A DNA stretch of 64,000 nucleotides from Bradyrhizobium sp. (GCF_035484855.1 NZ_DATHOP010000154.1:50110-114109); one strand, 5' to 3'; numbered from the stretch's first letter, positions 1-10,014 are shown. Numbers and translations are program-made. The notes: generated by a model from the sequence alone, not told the origin.

Positions 1-695
1 TGCCAAAGGCGGCCGATCCACCCCAACCGCCGCCGCCGCCCGCCCCATTGGTATCAGCGAAATCGATGATGGCCCCGCCCGATCCGGCCGCGACCAAACT
101 GATCGAGCCCGAACAGCCCGCGAAGGCCATCATTGCCGCACCGATGGCGGACGTCGTGGCGTCGGCGCCGCCCGCCGAGAAGGCGGAAGAGGACACGCCA
201 GCCGCGGCACCCGAGGCGCCCGCCGCCGACGTCGCGGTGCAGAAGACCGAATTCGGCGTCGATATCGGCGGCGCCAATTCGGTTCCCGGCCTGCGCGCGC
301 TGTGGCGTGGTCTCCTCAAATCGCGATCGAACGCGGCGCTGACGACGCTGCGTCCGATCATCGTGATCCGCGAAGGCAATAACGGGCTCGGCATGCAGCT
401 GCGGCTGGTCGCAGGTCCGCTCGGCGACGCCGCGGCGGCGGCAAAAATCTGTGCCGGCCTGATGGAAAACAAACGTCCCTGCGAAACCGCCGTGTTCGAC
501 GGCCAGCGCCTGGCGATGAGGCCCGACGAACATCAGATCGGCGAACCCGGGGCGGCCGCGGCCAAGCCTGCCCCGGAGGCCAAACCCATCCTGCACAGGC
601 GTTTCAGCGCCAAGCGGGCGTCCAATGATGACGCGGCCAAGAAACCCGATACTGTTTCCACGCTGTCGTCGTTCTTCAGCGGCGGCAAGCATTAA
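1..695 (+). CDS. C-terminal part of a Pro/Ala-rich hypothetical protein with a SPOR-like domain (5' end outside window)
   Basis: Open frame to TAA at 693-695; segment FGVDIGGANSVPGLRALW...LRLVAGPLGDAAAAAKICAGL...C resembles rhizobial SPOR-like modules. Confidence 0.65.
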   Translation, partial: PKAADPPQPPPPPAPLVSAKSMMAPPDPAATKLIEPEQPAKAIIAAPMADVVASAPPAEKAEEDTPAAAPEAPAADVAVQKTEFGVDIGGANSVPGLRALWRGLLKSRSNAALTTLRPIIVIREGNNGLGMQLRLVAGPLGDAAAAAKICAGLMENKRPCETAVFDGQRLAMRPDEHQIGEPGAAAAKPAPEAKPILHRRFSAKRASNDDAAKKPDTVSTLSSFFSGGKH

Positions 696-868
696 AAAAA
701 CCAGTGATCCCAATATCTTGAATTCAGACTCTCATGTCGTTTGGTCGCGGTCGCGGTTTCATTTGAATGCGCCGGGTTGTCCCGGTCGTCGTTCCCGACC
801 ATATTGACTCCGGGCTAGACGCATTTTCTTGCGGCTAACCGGGGTCCACTTAGCCGGAAAATGCTGTT

Positions 869-1249
869 GTGAAAAAGAACCCGTTTCGGCTGACGCCCTA
901 TCAGGTGCAGTGGCTGCTGGTGGTCGGCTTCGTGACCGTCGGTTATGCGCTCTACCTGCGCTATCTCGCGATCGAGTTTTCCCCGGTGGCGCTGGCCTGC
1001 GATGCCGGCCTGCCGACCATACTGTGCAAGACGCGGGCGCTCGCGACCTCGCTGTTCCGCAATTCGGTGTTCGGCGCGGTCGCGCTGGTCATCGCCGCGC
1101 TGCATGTGATCCGGCCGTCGATCGTGCTGTTGACGCTCGGGCTGATCGCCGCCGGCTTCGGCATTGTGCTCTACAATGTCGTGCTGTCGGGGATCGCGAT
1201 AGGCCTGCTCATTTTGGGATTTGCGCGACCCGCGCCTGCCACAGCGTGA
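869..1249 (+). CDS. Hypothetical membrane protein (4 predicted TM segments)
   Basis: 126-aa ORF, hydrophobic segments, typical codon usage; convergent overlap with ndvC. Confidence 0.75.
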   Translation: MKKNPFRLTPYQVQWLLVVGFVTVGYALYLRYLAIEFSPVALACDAGLPTILCKTRALATSLFRNSVFGAVALVIAALHVIRPSIVLLTLGLIAAGFGIVLYNVVLSGIAIGLLILGFARPAPATA

Positions 1250-2834
1250 CCGCGAGCAAAAGATACATCGCGCAGGTCCAGAGCGACTGCCAGTTGTCAG
1301 AACCTTCGTTGAAGCCGGTATAGATCGCCGACACCGCCAGGAGTCCTGCAAATACCGCCTCCGTGATCGGCCGCGCACCCGCCTGCGGGCGGTTGAGCAG
1401 CATCAGGGCCGCAAACGGCACCGTGGCCATGGTCAGTGCGGCAAACGGGAAATCCTTGTAGCGCGGGTCGAACACGAAGCCGAGCGCGGTCTGCGATCCG
1501 ATCAGGGTGGTTACGGCCAGCGCCACGCCGAGGCCGATGGCAATGGCGGAGCGGGTCCTTCCCTCGCGCGGACCGAGCAGTTCCAGGAAAGTCGGCAGCG
1601 GCTGTCCCGATACCAGGGCGTTGGCGGCAAGCAAGGGCGAGGCGATGGCGGCCGCCAGCAGCGCGCCCCACAACAGCCAGCCGCCGAAACCGTAGCTCTC
1701 ATAATACAGCTTGTCGGCGGCGACCCCGAACAGGATTCCGGCCGTGGTCGCGCAGAGTGCGACCGCAATCCACGCGGCCGACCGCGGCGTCCAGGGCCGC
1801 CGCCGCAGCGACAGGAACGCCACCGCGAACACCATAAAGCTCAAACCCATTCCGCCGCCCATCTGCAGCTTCCACAGCGGATAGTTGCTAATGGGCTCGC
1901 CGGGCGGATATTTCAGCATGCGGTGGACGGAATCGAACAGGCCCCAATAGCCGCCGACAGTGCCCTCAAGCTCGCGCTTCCACGGCTGGTCGTAGGCCTC
2001 GATCAGGTTGACCCGAAAACCCTCCCCCTTCGCCCGATCGAGGATTTCGGAGACGACGCGGGCCTGATTGGTCCGCGACGGCAGCGCGCCGTCGCGCATC
2101 CGCCCCTCGCTCGGCCAGCCGGTCTCGCCGACCAGTATCTCCTTGCCCGGAAACGCCACCGCCATCCGCTTGCGGATGGCGTCGACATGATCGGCGGCGA
2201 ATTTGGCGCGGATCGGAAAATCCTCCCAATAGGGCAGAATATGGATGGTGACGAAGTCGACGGCGTCATAGACCTCGCGGCTGCGCAGCCAGTATTCCCA
2301 GACATCGGCATAGGTGACGGGAACGGTGACCTGCGCCTTGACCGAACGGATGGTGGCGACGAGGTCGGCGGTGGTCATCTCGCCGCGTAGCAGTACCTCG
2401 TTGCCGACGACGACGGCGGTGATGACCGCGGGGAATTGTTTGGTGAGACCAACCACGGTCGAAATCTGCGCGAGGTTCTTCAGCCGGTCGCTGCCGAGCC
2501 AGATGCCCTGGATCACCTTCAGCCCGACCTTGGCCGCCTGTTCCGGCACCTGATCCAGCCCGTGCTCGATCGAATAGGTGCGCACGCAATCGGTGATTTT
2601 TGCGAGCTGCGCTAGGTCCTGGGCGATCTGTTCCTGGGAAATATGCGTGGTCAGAAGCAGCGGCGTCTGGGCGCCGCGGAATGGCGCGTAGGAGACGCAT
2701 TGCAATTTGTCGTTGGGATCGATCGGCGCGCGCGACAGCGTGATCGGCGTGGCCAGCCACCACCAGACCGCGGCAATCGCACCAAGGGACAACAGGAGAA
2801 GCGCCAGCGGCGTACGAAGCGAAATCGGTTCCAT
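1209..2834 (-). CDS. ndvC: Beta-(1,6)-glucan synthase NdvC (GH17-like domain plus C-terminal membrane region)
   Basis: GH17 motifs VVVGNEVLLRGE and ILVGETGWPSEG, IEAYDQPWK; C-terminal TM helices; adjacent to ndvD/ndvB. Confidence 0.85.
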   Translation of the reverse strand: MEPISLRTPLALLLLSLGAIAAVWWWLATPITLSRAPIDPNDKLQCVSYAPFRGAQTPLLLTTHISQEQIAQDLAQLAKITDCVRTYSIEHGLDQVPEQAAKVGLKVIQGIWLGSDRLKNLAQISTVVGLTKQFPAVITAVVVGNEVLLRGEMTTADLVATIRSVKAQVTVPVTYADVWEYWLRSREVYDAVDFVTIHILPYWEDFPIRAKFAADHVDAIRKRMAVAFPGKEILVGETGWPSEGRMRDGALPSRTNQARVVSEILDRAKGEGFRVNLIEAYDQPWKRELEGTVGGYWGLFDSVHRMLKYPPGEPISNYPLWKLQMGGGMGLSFMVFAVAFLSLRRRPWTPRSAAWIAVALCATTAGILFGVAADKLYYESYGFGGWLLWGALLAAAIASPLLAANALVSGQPLPTFLELLGPREGRTRSAIAIGLGVALAVTTLIGSQTALGFVFDPRYKDFPFAALTMATVPFAALMLLNRPQAGARPITEAVFAGLLAVSAIYTGFNEGSDNWQSLWTCAMYLLLAVTLWQARVAQIPK

Positions 2835-3085
2835 CCTTGAAACGGCCGGGATCGTCGATTAGCCGGTCAGTGCCCGTCTGCCAAGAGCAGGCCGGGCGGC
2901 AACTCGGGGGTGGTGAGGCACAGGCTTTACCACAACACGATAAAGTTGTGAGTTTGCTGGACAAAATTCGAAATGTCCGCCATGGGAATCCGCTGGAAGT
3001 CTCCGCCGCATTGGGGACCCATTTGGACGGCAATCAAACCGGCGCGCCCTGGCTGGACGCGGGCGGGAACAAAATCGGGGAATTC

Positions 3086-3676
3086 ATGCGTCGACGGGTG
3101 CTGGAGCTTCAAAACAAGGTTTTGCGCCACCTCGCCGTCCCCGGGCTCATCCTGCTGATCGGTGTTGGAAGCGCCTTCGCCCAGAGCGGCGGCGACACCA
3201 AGGCGCAGGACAAGCCGGCCGCCAATGGCACCCAGCCGGCCGATGCCGCCAAGGACAATCAGCGCAAGACCGACGAATTCGCCGAAGCAGCCCAGGCCAT
3301 CAATGGCCCGGCCGGCAACCCGGAATGCGTCTGGTTCGGCCGCCGCGTAGTCCGCCTGATGTTTCTCGACGATATCGACACCGCACTTCGCCATCTCGAT
3401 CTCTACGACCGCTTTGGTTGCCCCGGCGGTCACGTCCAGGCAACGTTCCGCTGCCTGACCCGGTTTGGTGCCCAGATCGATCCGAAGGTGGCTTCAACGC
3501 TCGATAGCCGTGTCCATGCCTGCTGGATCAATCCGGCCGCGCAACCGCAGGCGGCCGCGGCCGCCACGCCGGCGCCTTCGGCGCCAACCACCGCAGGCAG
3601 CGCCGCACCGGCGCCGGCGCCTTCGCCGGCTCCCCCCGCTGCGGCCGCACCGCCCCCACCTGCGCCCGCCAAATAA
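3086..3676 (+). CDS. ndvD: Cyclic beta-1,3/1,6-glucan biosynthesis protein NdvD-like (secreted, Cys-containing, Pro/Ala tail)
   Basis: Signal-like stretch then PECVWFGRRVV...YDRFGCP...RC...HACW; lies between ndvC and ndvB; start chosen at ATG 3086. Confidence 0.7.
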   Translation: MRRRVLELQNKVLRHLAVPGLILLIGVGSAFAQSGGDTKAQDKPAANGTQPADAAKDNQRKTDEFAEAAQAINGPAGNPECVWFGRRVVRLMFLDDIDTALRHLDLYDRFGCPGGHVQATFRCLTRFGAQIDPKVASTLDSRVHACWINPAAQPQAAAAATPAPSAPTTAGSAAPAPAPSPAPPAAAAPPPPAPAK

Positions 3677-3859
3677 TCGGTTCCGGCGAAACGACCGGGA
3701 TTGCTGCGGTTGGCGCCGCTTGCGCCTTTAAAATACCATCGCGTCATAACAGTTGTTAAATCGCGTGGCAGAGTTATGTAATAGCTCGCCGCTGATTTGG
3801 TCGGATCTCGGGGACGGGTCCGCTTCCCTGCCACTCTTGCCCCTCATGGTTCCGTCGCG

Positions 3860-6532
3860 ATGCGTGCCGTCGTCGCTGTACTCTTGTTCGTGACCGCGGT
3901 TCACGCTGCGATGTGGGGCGCGCTGCGGGATCGTGAGCAGGCCCCCGACTTCAACGGCATTTTGCCCAGCACCTCCTATGCGCCCTTCGAACCCGGGCAC
4001 ACCGTCGACATCGCCGTCGACAGCGAGAAGGTACGCGCCGACCTGAAGAAGCTGTCGTCGCTGACCCGGGCGGTCAGGCTTTATTCCTCGACCGAAGGCG
4101 CCGAACTGGTGCCGCCGATCGCCGCCGAATTCGGCCTCAAGGTCACCGTCGGCGCCTGGATCGACAAGAACACCGAGCGCAACGATCGCGAGATCGCAGC
4201 CGCCATCGAGCTTGCCCGGCACAACAGCAACGTCATCGGAGTCGTCGTCGGCAACGAAACCGTCTACCGCGGCGAGCAAAAGGTCGACGACCTCATAGAG
4301 CTGATCAAGCGAGTCAAGAAGTCAGTCAATGTCCCTGTAACTACTGGTGAAATCTGGAATATCTGGCGCGACAATCCGCAGCTCGGCTACTCCGTCGATT
4401 TCATCGCCGCCCACGTCCTGCCGTACTGGGAGAACTTCACCTCCGATCAGGCGGTGGACCAGGCGGTCTCGATGTACCAGCTGTTGCGCGATCAGTTCCC
4501 CGGCAAGCGGATCATGATCGCCGAGTTCGGCTGGCCGAGCGCGGGCTACAATCTGCGCAATGCCGAACCCGGCCCGTTCCAGCAGGCAAAGGTGCTGCGC
4601 ACCTTCGTCACCCGCGCCGAGGCCATCGGCATGGAATACAACATCGTCGAGGCGATCGATCAGCCCTGGAAATTCTTCGAAGGCGGCGTCGGCCCCTATT
4701 GGGGCATCCTCAATGCCGCGCGGGAGCCGAAATTCTCCTGGACCGGACCGATCGTCAATCCGGACTACTGGAAGCTCGCGACCATTGCCGTCCTGGTCGG
4801 CATCCTGATGTCGCTGCCGATCCTGCGGCTGGCGCAGCCCACGGTGATGCAGGCGCTGATGCTGTCGCTGGCGGCCAACGGCGTCGGCGCCTGGGCCGCG
4901 ACCGTGTTCGCCTATTGGGCCGGGCATTACTTCGTGTTCGGCTCGGCGTTTGCGCTGACGCTGGGATTGATCCTGCTGGTGCCCTTGGTGTTAATCGCGA
5001 TGGCGCGGATCGAGGAAATGGCGGCGATTGCCTTCGGCCAGAAGCCGCGTCGCCTGATCGCCAAGACCGCGCCGCTGGCGCCCGCCACCATCGGGGAGGA
5101 CATCGCGTTTCCAAAGGTCTCGATCCATGTGCCGGCCTATTTCGAGCCGGTGGACATGCTCAAGCAAACGCTCGATGCGGTCTCGCGGCTCGACTACCCG
5201 AACTTCGAGTGCGTGGTCATCATCAACAACACGCCGGACCCGGCGTTCTGGCAGCCGATCCAGGATCATTGCCGCGCGCTCGGCGAACGCTTCAAATTCG
5301 TCAACGCCGAAAAGGTCGAAGGTTTCAAGGCCGGCGCGCTGCGCATCGCCATGGAACGCACCGCTGTCGATGCCGAGATCATCGGCATCATCGACGCCGA
5401 TTACGCGGTCGAGCCCGACTGGCTGAAGGACCTCGTGCCGGTATTCGCCGATCCCCGCGTCGGCCTGGTGCAGGCGCCGCAGGACCATCGCGACGGCGAC
5501 CGTTCGCTGATGCACTACATCATGAACGGCGAATATGCCGGGTTCTTCGACATCGGCATGGTCCAGCGCAACGAGGAAAACGCCATCATCGTCCACGGCA
5601 CCATGTGCCTGTTGCGCCGCGCGGCGATGGACATGGCCGGCGGCTGGTCGAGCGACACCATCTGCGAGGATTCCGATCTCGGCCTTGCCATCATCGAGCA
5701 CGGCTGGCTGACGCATTACACCAACCACCGCTACGGCCATGGCCTGCTGCCCGACACCTTCGAGGCCTTCAAGAAGCAGCGCCACCGCTGGGCCTATGGC
5801 GGCTTCCAGATCGTCAAGAAGCATTGGCGGCGCTTCCTGCCGCAAGGCAGCCGGCTGTCGCCGGACCAGCGGCGCGAATTCGCATTGGGCTGGCTGAACT
5901 GGCTAGGGGCCGAAAGCCTCGGCGTGCTGGTCGCCATCCTCAACCTGATCTGGGTGCCGATCGTGGCCTTTGCCGACATCGCCATTCCCGACAAGATCCT
6001 CACGCTGCCGATCATGGCCGCCTTCATCGTCTCGCTCACGCACTTCGTGGTGCTGTATCGCCTGCGCGTGCCCGTGAAATGGGGCCAGACGCTGGGCGCG
6101 ATGGTGGCGGCGATGTCGGTGCAATGGACGGTGTCGCGCGCGGTCGCCAACGGGCTGATCACCGAGCATTTGGCGTTCTCGCGGACCTCGAAGGGCGGCT
6201 TCTCGCTGGTCTCGGTCGAGTTTCAGGCGTTCTGGGAAGCCGTGATCGGCGTGCTGCTCCTGGTCGGCGCGGCCGTGCTGGTGGCCACCAACAGTTTCAA
6301 GCAGGTGCGCGAAATCTATGTGTTCGCAGCCGTCCTGGTGCTGCAGAGCCTGCCGTTTTTGTCCGCAGTCGCGATCGCGATCCTGGAAGACTCCCGGATG
6401 AACGCGTTTGCCTTCTGGCGCAACACCGCCATCCGCACTGCGGAACTGATCGGCCTGCGCCCGGTGTCGCTGCCGACGGTGATCGGCACCTCCCAGCCGG
6501 TGGCGTCAGAAATTCCCCGCGAAACCCGTTGA
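3860..6532 (+). CDS. ndvB: Beta-(1,3)-glucosyltransferase NdvB (GH17 + GT2 fusion)
   Basis: N-terminal GH17 (VVVGNETVYR, AEFGWPS), GT2 motifs IIDAD, EDSD and QRHRW, C-terminal TM helices. Confidence 0.9.
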   Translation: MRAVVAVLLFVTAVHAAMWGALRDREQAPDFNGILPSTSYAPFEPGHTVDIAVDSEKVRADLKKLSSLTRAVRLYSSTEGAELVPPIAAEFGLKVTVGAWIDKNTERNDREIAAAIELARHNSNVIGVVVGNETVYRGEQKVDDLIELIKRVKKSVNVPVTTGEIWNIWRDNPQLGYSVDFIAAHVLPYWENFTSDQAVDQAVSMYQLLRDQFPGKRIMIAEFGWPSAGYNLRNAEPGPFQQAKVLRTFVTRAEAIGMEYNIVEAIDQPWKFFEGGVGPYWGILNAAREPKFSWTGPIVNPDYWKLATIAVLVGILMSLPILRLAQPTVMQALMLSLAANGVGAWAATVFAYWAGHYFVFGSAFALTLGLILLVPLVLIAMARIEEMAAIAFGQKPRRLIAKTAPLAPATIGEDIAFPKVSIHVPAYFEPVDMLKQTLDAVSRLDYPNFECVVIINNTPDPAFWQPIQDHCRALGERFKFVNAEKVEGFKAGALRIAMERTAVDAEIIGIIDADYAVEPDWLKDLVPVFADPRVGLVQAPQDHRDGDRSLMHYIMNGEYAGFFDIGMVQRNEENAIIVHGTMCLLRRAAMDMAGGWSSDTICEDSDLGLAIIEHGWLTHYTNHRYGHGLLPDTFEAFKKQRHRWAYGGFQIVKKHWRRFLPQGSRLSPDQRREFALGWLNWLGAESLGVLVAILNLIWVPIVAFADIAIPDKILTLPIMAAFIVSLTHFVVLYRLRVPVKWGQTLGAMVAAMSVQWTVSRAVANGLITEHLAFSRTSKGGFSLVSVEFQAFWEAVIGVLLLVGAAVLVATNSFKQVREIYVFAAVLVLQSLPFLSAVAIAILEDSRMNAFAFWRNTAIRTAELIGLRPVSLPTVIGTSQPVASEIPRETR

Positions 6533-6642
6533 CGGGCAATCGCGTTGCCGTAGCCCTACGAGCATGAAGAGTCAGCGCTAACGGACGGCGGTATTTGGCG
6601 AATCCGGGTTTTTCCGACGACTTCCCGGCCTTGGGCCACGCT

Positions 6643-6671
6643 ATTGACCCACACCAAGCCGCCCCCTACAC
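6643..6671 (+). promoter_or_regulatory. Sigma70-type promoter of tRNA-Lys
   Basis: ATTGAC-N17-CTACAC, close to the rhizobial CTTGAC-N17-CTATAT consensus, 12 nt upstream of the tRNA. Confidence 0.7.
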
Positions 6672-6683
6672 AGCGCCTCACGT

Positions 6684-6759
6684 GAGCGCGTAGCTCAGGC
6701 GGTAGAGCACGTGACTTTTAATCATGGGGTCGAGGGTTCGAGTCCCTCCGCGCTCACCA
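6684..6759 (+). tRNA. tRNA-Lys (anticodon UUU)
   Basis: GAGCGCG acceptor stem, TAGCTCAG D-arm, CGTGA-CTTTTAA-TCATG anticodon arm, GGTTCGAGTCC T-arm, encoded CCA; 76 nt. Confidence 0.98.
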
Positions 6760-6855
6760 AGTAAATCAATAACTTCGCTAAGAGTTTGTGCTGATTGCTC
6801 TTGCTCTCGCGTGCTGGTTGTTAAACAGTGACCTTCGGTCGGGGGATCACTAACA

Positions 6856-7233
6856 ATGCGTATATTGGGAATCGTGGCGCTAGGCGCCGCGTTGGGCGGC
6901 TGCGCGTCTTCTTCTTCTGACATTGCACCCGCGTACGTCTCGCCGGTCGCGTATCAATCATATACCTGCCAGCAATTGGCGCTTGAGGCGCAGGCGATAT
7001 CGACCCGCGCCGCGGCACTCTCTGGTGCTCAAGATCACCAACGCACAAATGACGGCTTAGCTACCGCTGCAGCGATCGTGGTGTTCTGGCCGGCGGCATT
7101 CTTCGTCGGCGGCGACAAGCAGACCGCTGCTGAGCTATCCCAAATGAAGGGGCAGATGGTCGCGATCGAACAAGCCTCGATCGCGAAAAAATGCGGCATC
7201 CAATTTGAAGGGCAACGTCCGCCCGGCACCTAA
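6856..7233 (+). CDS. Hypothetical lipoprotein
   Basis: Lipobox LGGC, YQSYTCQQL...KKC pattern, glycine-zipper-like hydrophobic segment. Confidence 0.8.
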   Translation: MRILGIVALGAALGGCASSSSDIAPAYVSPVAYQSYTCQQLALEAQAISTRAAALSGAQDHQRTNDGLATAAAIVVFWPAAFFVGGDKQTAAELSQMKGQMVAIEQASIAKKCGIQFEGQRPPGT

Positions 7234-7243
7234 CTTTCGCACA

Positions 7244-7331
7244 AGGGCGGATTGGAAGCCGAAGGCGTAATCCGCCGTTCACCGGCGATAGAAAGGTGGG
7301 TTACGCCTTCGGCTAACCCACCCTGCGAGCT
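7244..7331. repeat. REP doublet (GTAG-family-like palindromic repeats, inverted pair)
   Basis: GGCGGATT..GCCGAAGGCGT-AATCCGCC and GGTGGGTTACGCCTTCGGCTAACCCACC; related copies at 8541-8662, 11467-11530 and a fragment at 7968-7988. Confidence 0.8.
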
Positions 7332-7363
7332 GTGCTGGTGCGCGCGCACAATGGTGCTGTCGA

Positions 7364-7675
7364 TCATGGCGTATTCATTTTCGGGCGCCAGATGCGTTTC
7401 AATCGGTACATATTCGCCATAAGTACGTTGCCGTTGGCATCGCGGCCACAGGCAGGGTTATATCCGGAGTCGCGCAGGTTCTTGATGTACATGTCGTGAG
7501 CATTGGCATCGACGAAATGCTCGGGAAGCGAAGCGTTGGCGTTGCTGCAGGGAACGGAAGCGTTGGCGTCGCGGTAGTGGTGCTGCGCTCCCTTAACATC
7601 GGTCTGGACTGACTGGTCAGCCATTACGGTGCCAGTGAGGACAAGAATGGACGAAGTGGCCAAAATAAGTCGCAT
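7364..7675 (-). CDS. Hypothetical secreted protein with short DANAS/NANAS repeats
   Basis: RBS GGAGG, signal peptide, 13-nt direct repeat GAAGCGTTGGCGT 27 nt apart. Confidence 0.65.
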   Translation of the reverse strand: MRLILATSSILVLTGTVMADQSVQTDVKGAQHHYRDANASVPCSNANASLPEHFVDANAHDMYIKNLRDSGYNPACGRDANGNVLMANMYRLKRIWRPKMNTP

Positions 7676-8152
7676 GATATGATCCTCCGTTTTTTGCTTT
7701 TGAAAGCTGAACGTAAAACACGCGGCGACTAGACCACTTTGGTGTAAAAAGTTCAGTCCCGCTTCGGTAACTTTTCATCGCGACTTTTGACGGACTCGTG
7801 ATGCCGTTGCGCCCGACGTAAATCTCTAAAAGCGCGGTTCCGATTCAGGAGCAGACGTTTGTTGCTGCGCTGCCGCGATTCGAAATTAGGACAAAAGCCC
7901 TGTCCGGGATGATGGAATAGGCCCGACTCGCTGGCTCGGCCCTCCACATAGCAAAAGAAACGGCCCCGGCTGACCCACGCTACGAGCTATTTTCGTCCGG
8001 GCCTACAGATTGGATATCTATCAGAAGATGTAAAATCTCGCCTTGCATCGTAAGACGATAACGCGGATGATGCAGCTGCAACAGCGCTAGAAGCCTAAAG
8101 CGACCGAAATTTCGATCGAATAGCTCGGCATAGCGATTAAGCGGGGGATGAG

Positions 8153-8518
8153 ATGACCACGCAATACGACCAAGCCAACTGGCTGCTTACTGACGAACAC
8201 CAGAAGCTGACGATAATTTTCTTCGAGCCTGCGGGAGTAGCTGCAGTCTACCTTGCAATCTATCGCATCACGAATGAATCGGAATTCGATATCATCGTCA
8301 CAACGGCTCGTGGGACTCAGCTGCTTCTTCCGGCCAACAGGAAGACGCCATCGTCGCTCGACGTTTCTTCCACAAGGGTTGATCTTTCTCCGGCCCGGCC
8401 GCTGGAAAAAGGTGCAAGCGCCGCCGGCACTTATCAGGATATATGTTGCTCGTTGGCTCAATCCTCGATGGCGATAACCAAAATAACCTCTCCGCCGGTC
8501 GATAATGGGGGCGCGTAA
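8153..8518 (+). CDS. Hypothetical protein (lower GC)
   Basis: 121-aa ORF after GGGGGATGAG RBS-like sequence; no recognisable family. Confidence 0.55.
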   Translation: MTTQYDQANWLLTDEHQKLTIIFFEPAGVAAVYLAIYRITNESEFDIIVTTARGTQLLLPANRKTPSSLDVSSTRVDLSPARPLEKGASAAGTYQDICCSLAQSSMAITKITSPPVDNGGA

Positions 8519-8540
8519 TTCGAGACGACAGCAGATACGC

Positions 8541-8662
8541 GGGGCGGATTGGAGCCCAACGGGCGTGCGCATAGCGCTACCAGATGACAGGCTCCGGCGT
8601 AATCCGCCATTCACCGCCGATGAACAGGTGGGTCACGCCTTCGGCCAACCACCCGATGAGCT
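8541..8662. repeat. REP doublet, second copy with an inserted hairpin
   Basis: GGCGGATTGGAGCC...GGCTCCGGCGTAATCCGCC...GGTGGGTCACGCCTTCGGCCAACCACCC; colinear with 7244-7331. Confidence 0.75.
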
Positions 8663-8975
8663 AGGGTTTCGCCGGTTCAGCGGGCGTAGCGCCTTGAGCT
8701 TTGGCGGCCGCCGACTGGCGGTCGCGCGCGGCGATCAATTCCTTCTGGAGCTTCGATCGTTCGTCGGGTGTCATCGCCGGCATTTCGCGCTTCGGCGGCA
8801 GATCTTCCACCGGGAGATAAGCGCTTGCTTTCGGAGGCGCCGGTGCCTCAGCCCGCGCGTCCATCAGCGATGATCCAGCCGTAGAAGTCGCGCAGCCGCC
8901 GAGCGCGAGGCTCAACAACAGCGCCGTTCCAGCAGCAAGCCCCGCGATCTGCCGATAGATATGCGCAATACCCAT
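8661..8975 (-). CDS. Hypothetical lipoprotein
   Basis: Lipobox LGGC; AYLPVEDLPPKR..AMTPDERSKLQKELIAARDRQ segment. Confidence 0.75.
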   Translation of the reverse strand: MGIAHIYRQIAGLAAGTALLLSLALGGCATSTAGSSLMDARAEAPAPPKASAYLPVEDLPPKREMPAMTPDERSKLQKELIAARDRQSAAAKAQGATPAEPAKP

Positions 8976-9189
8976 GCATGATCGTTCAACGAGCATTGCG
9001 GGCCAATTATGTTCGTCCGCGGTTCCTCATGACGTCAGCGCAGGCTTTGCGCCGGCAAGGTTAATCGACAGCTACCAGGGGCGCGGACCGAAGCCCCCGC
9101 CCCCGCTTGGGAAAACCTTTCGCGTGCAGGGAACCCCGGGCTATGCTTTGGTGTGATGGAGTGCGCTATCACGGAAAAGGGGGTGCGCG

Positions 9190-9369
9190 ATGCTTTCGGC
9201 TTTGATTGGTGTTTTGATTATCGTCGTCATCGGCGCCATCTGTTTTTGGGCGATCGACAAGTTTGCCGCTGATCGTCGCCTGGCGCAGCTGCTCAAGCTG
9301 CTGGTGGTGCTGATCTGCATCGCGGCTATCCTGCAGAGAGTTCTGCCGCTGCTCGGCGTTTACATATAG
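9190..9369 (+). CDS. Small two-TM membrane protein, 59 aa (missed by ORF track)
   Basis: AAGGGGG RBS; MLSALIGVLIIVVIGAICFWAIDKFAADRRLAQLLKLLVVLICIAAILQRVLPLLGVYI*. Confidence 0.75.
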   Translation: MLSALIGVLIIVVIGAICFWAIDKFAADRRLAQLLKLLVVLICIAAILQRVLPLLGVYI

Positions 9370-9426
9370 TATTACGTTGCCAGTAACGCAGCAGCACGAC
9401 AGTTGACTCTAGCGTCGCCGCACCCC

Positions 9427-9609
9427 TCATTTCCGGGGCTGTCTTGCCGCGAAGAAGTAGATCAGTCCATACGCAGGTACGAAATATGACAGGACTGCAT
9501 GAACGACGGCGCCGTTCCTGGCGCCTCGAATAATCCCCAAAATCGGGCTCGCGCCCATGGCGATGACCATGGCCATTATGACCCAATGCCAAATCGAAAA
9601 TGACCCCAT
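9427..9609 (-). CDS. Small membrane protein with TatA-like N-terminus
   Basis: MGSFSIWHW start, then two hydrophobic segments. Confidence 0.6.
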   Translation of the reverse strand: MGSFSIWHWVIMAMVIAMGASPILGIIRGARNGAVVHAVLSYFVPAYGLIYFFAARQPRK

Positions 9610-9865
9610 GGTAACCGACCTTCGCCCGCATCCTGCGCGCGTTTCATCTTTCCATTACTTTGTCGATCAACGTGGCGAGAAAGTTCACTGTTGTTTCGAA
9701 TTTACAACGCTGCCTGCCTATTCCCGGAAGCAGAGGCAACTCGCCAATTGCGGTGACGGAATTACGGTCTGGTGCGCTCAATTCGGAAAGTCGACAATCG
9801 CGGAGCGCGGCGCAACGACAGTTGAGTGCGCTCACGCTAATTCCTTTGAATTTTTCTCACCTCGC

Positions 9866-9894
9866 CTCGCCAACCCCGAGCCGTTTCGCTATAT
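9866..9894 (+). promoter_or_regulatory. Sigma70-like promoter for candidate sRNA 1
   Basis: CTCGCC-N17-CTATAT; -10 ends 7 nt before the RNA stem. Confidence 0.6.
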
Positions 9895-9901
9895 CGGACC
9901 C

Positions 9902-9979
9902 GCCGCCCCCGCCTCGTCAGCGTCTCACAACTTCGGTGAGCGTGACCCGGCAGTGATGTCGGGTTATCGCGGGGGCGGT
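9902..9979 (+). ncRNA. Candidate structured RNA, three-way junction (copy 1)
   Basis: P1 CCGCCCCCGC/GCGGGGGCGG; P2 CTCAC-AACTTCG-GTGAG; P3 GACCCGGCA-GTGA-TGTCGGGTT; covaries with the copy at 11565-11649. Confidence 0.7.
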
Positions 9980-10014
9980 TCCATCTCCAGGGGCCGCCAT
10001 TGCGGGAAGAACTC

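Noticed and set aside
9896-9999. tRNA/tRNA-Sec/tmRNA-like 3' end (GGTTCCATCTCC...CGCCA) after junction RNA copy 1
   Set aside because: No D-arm, anticodon arm or acceptor pairing; T-loop is not TTCRA; copy 2 lacks it
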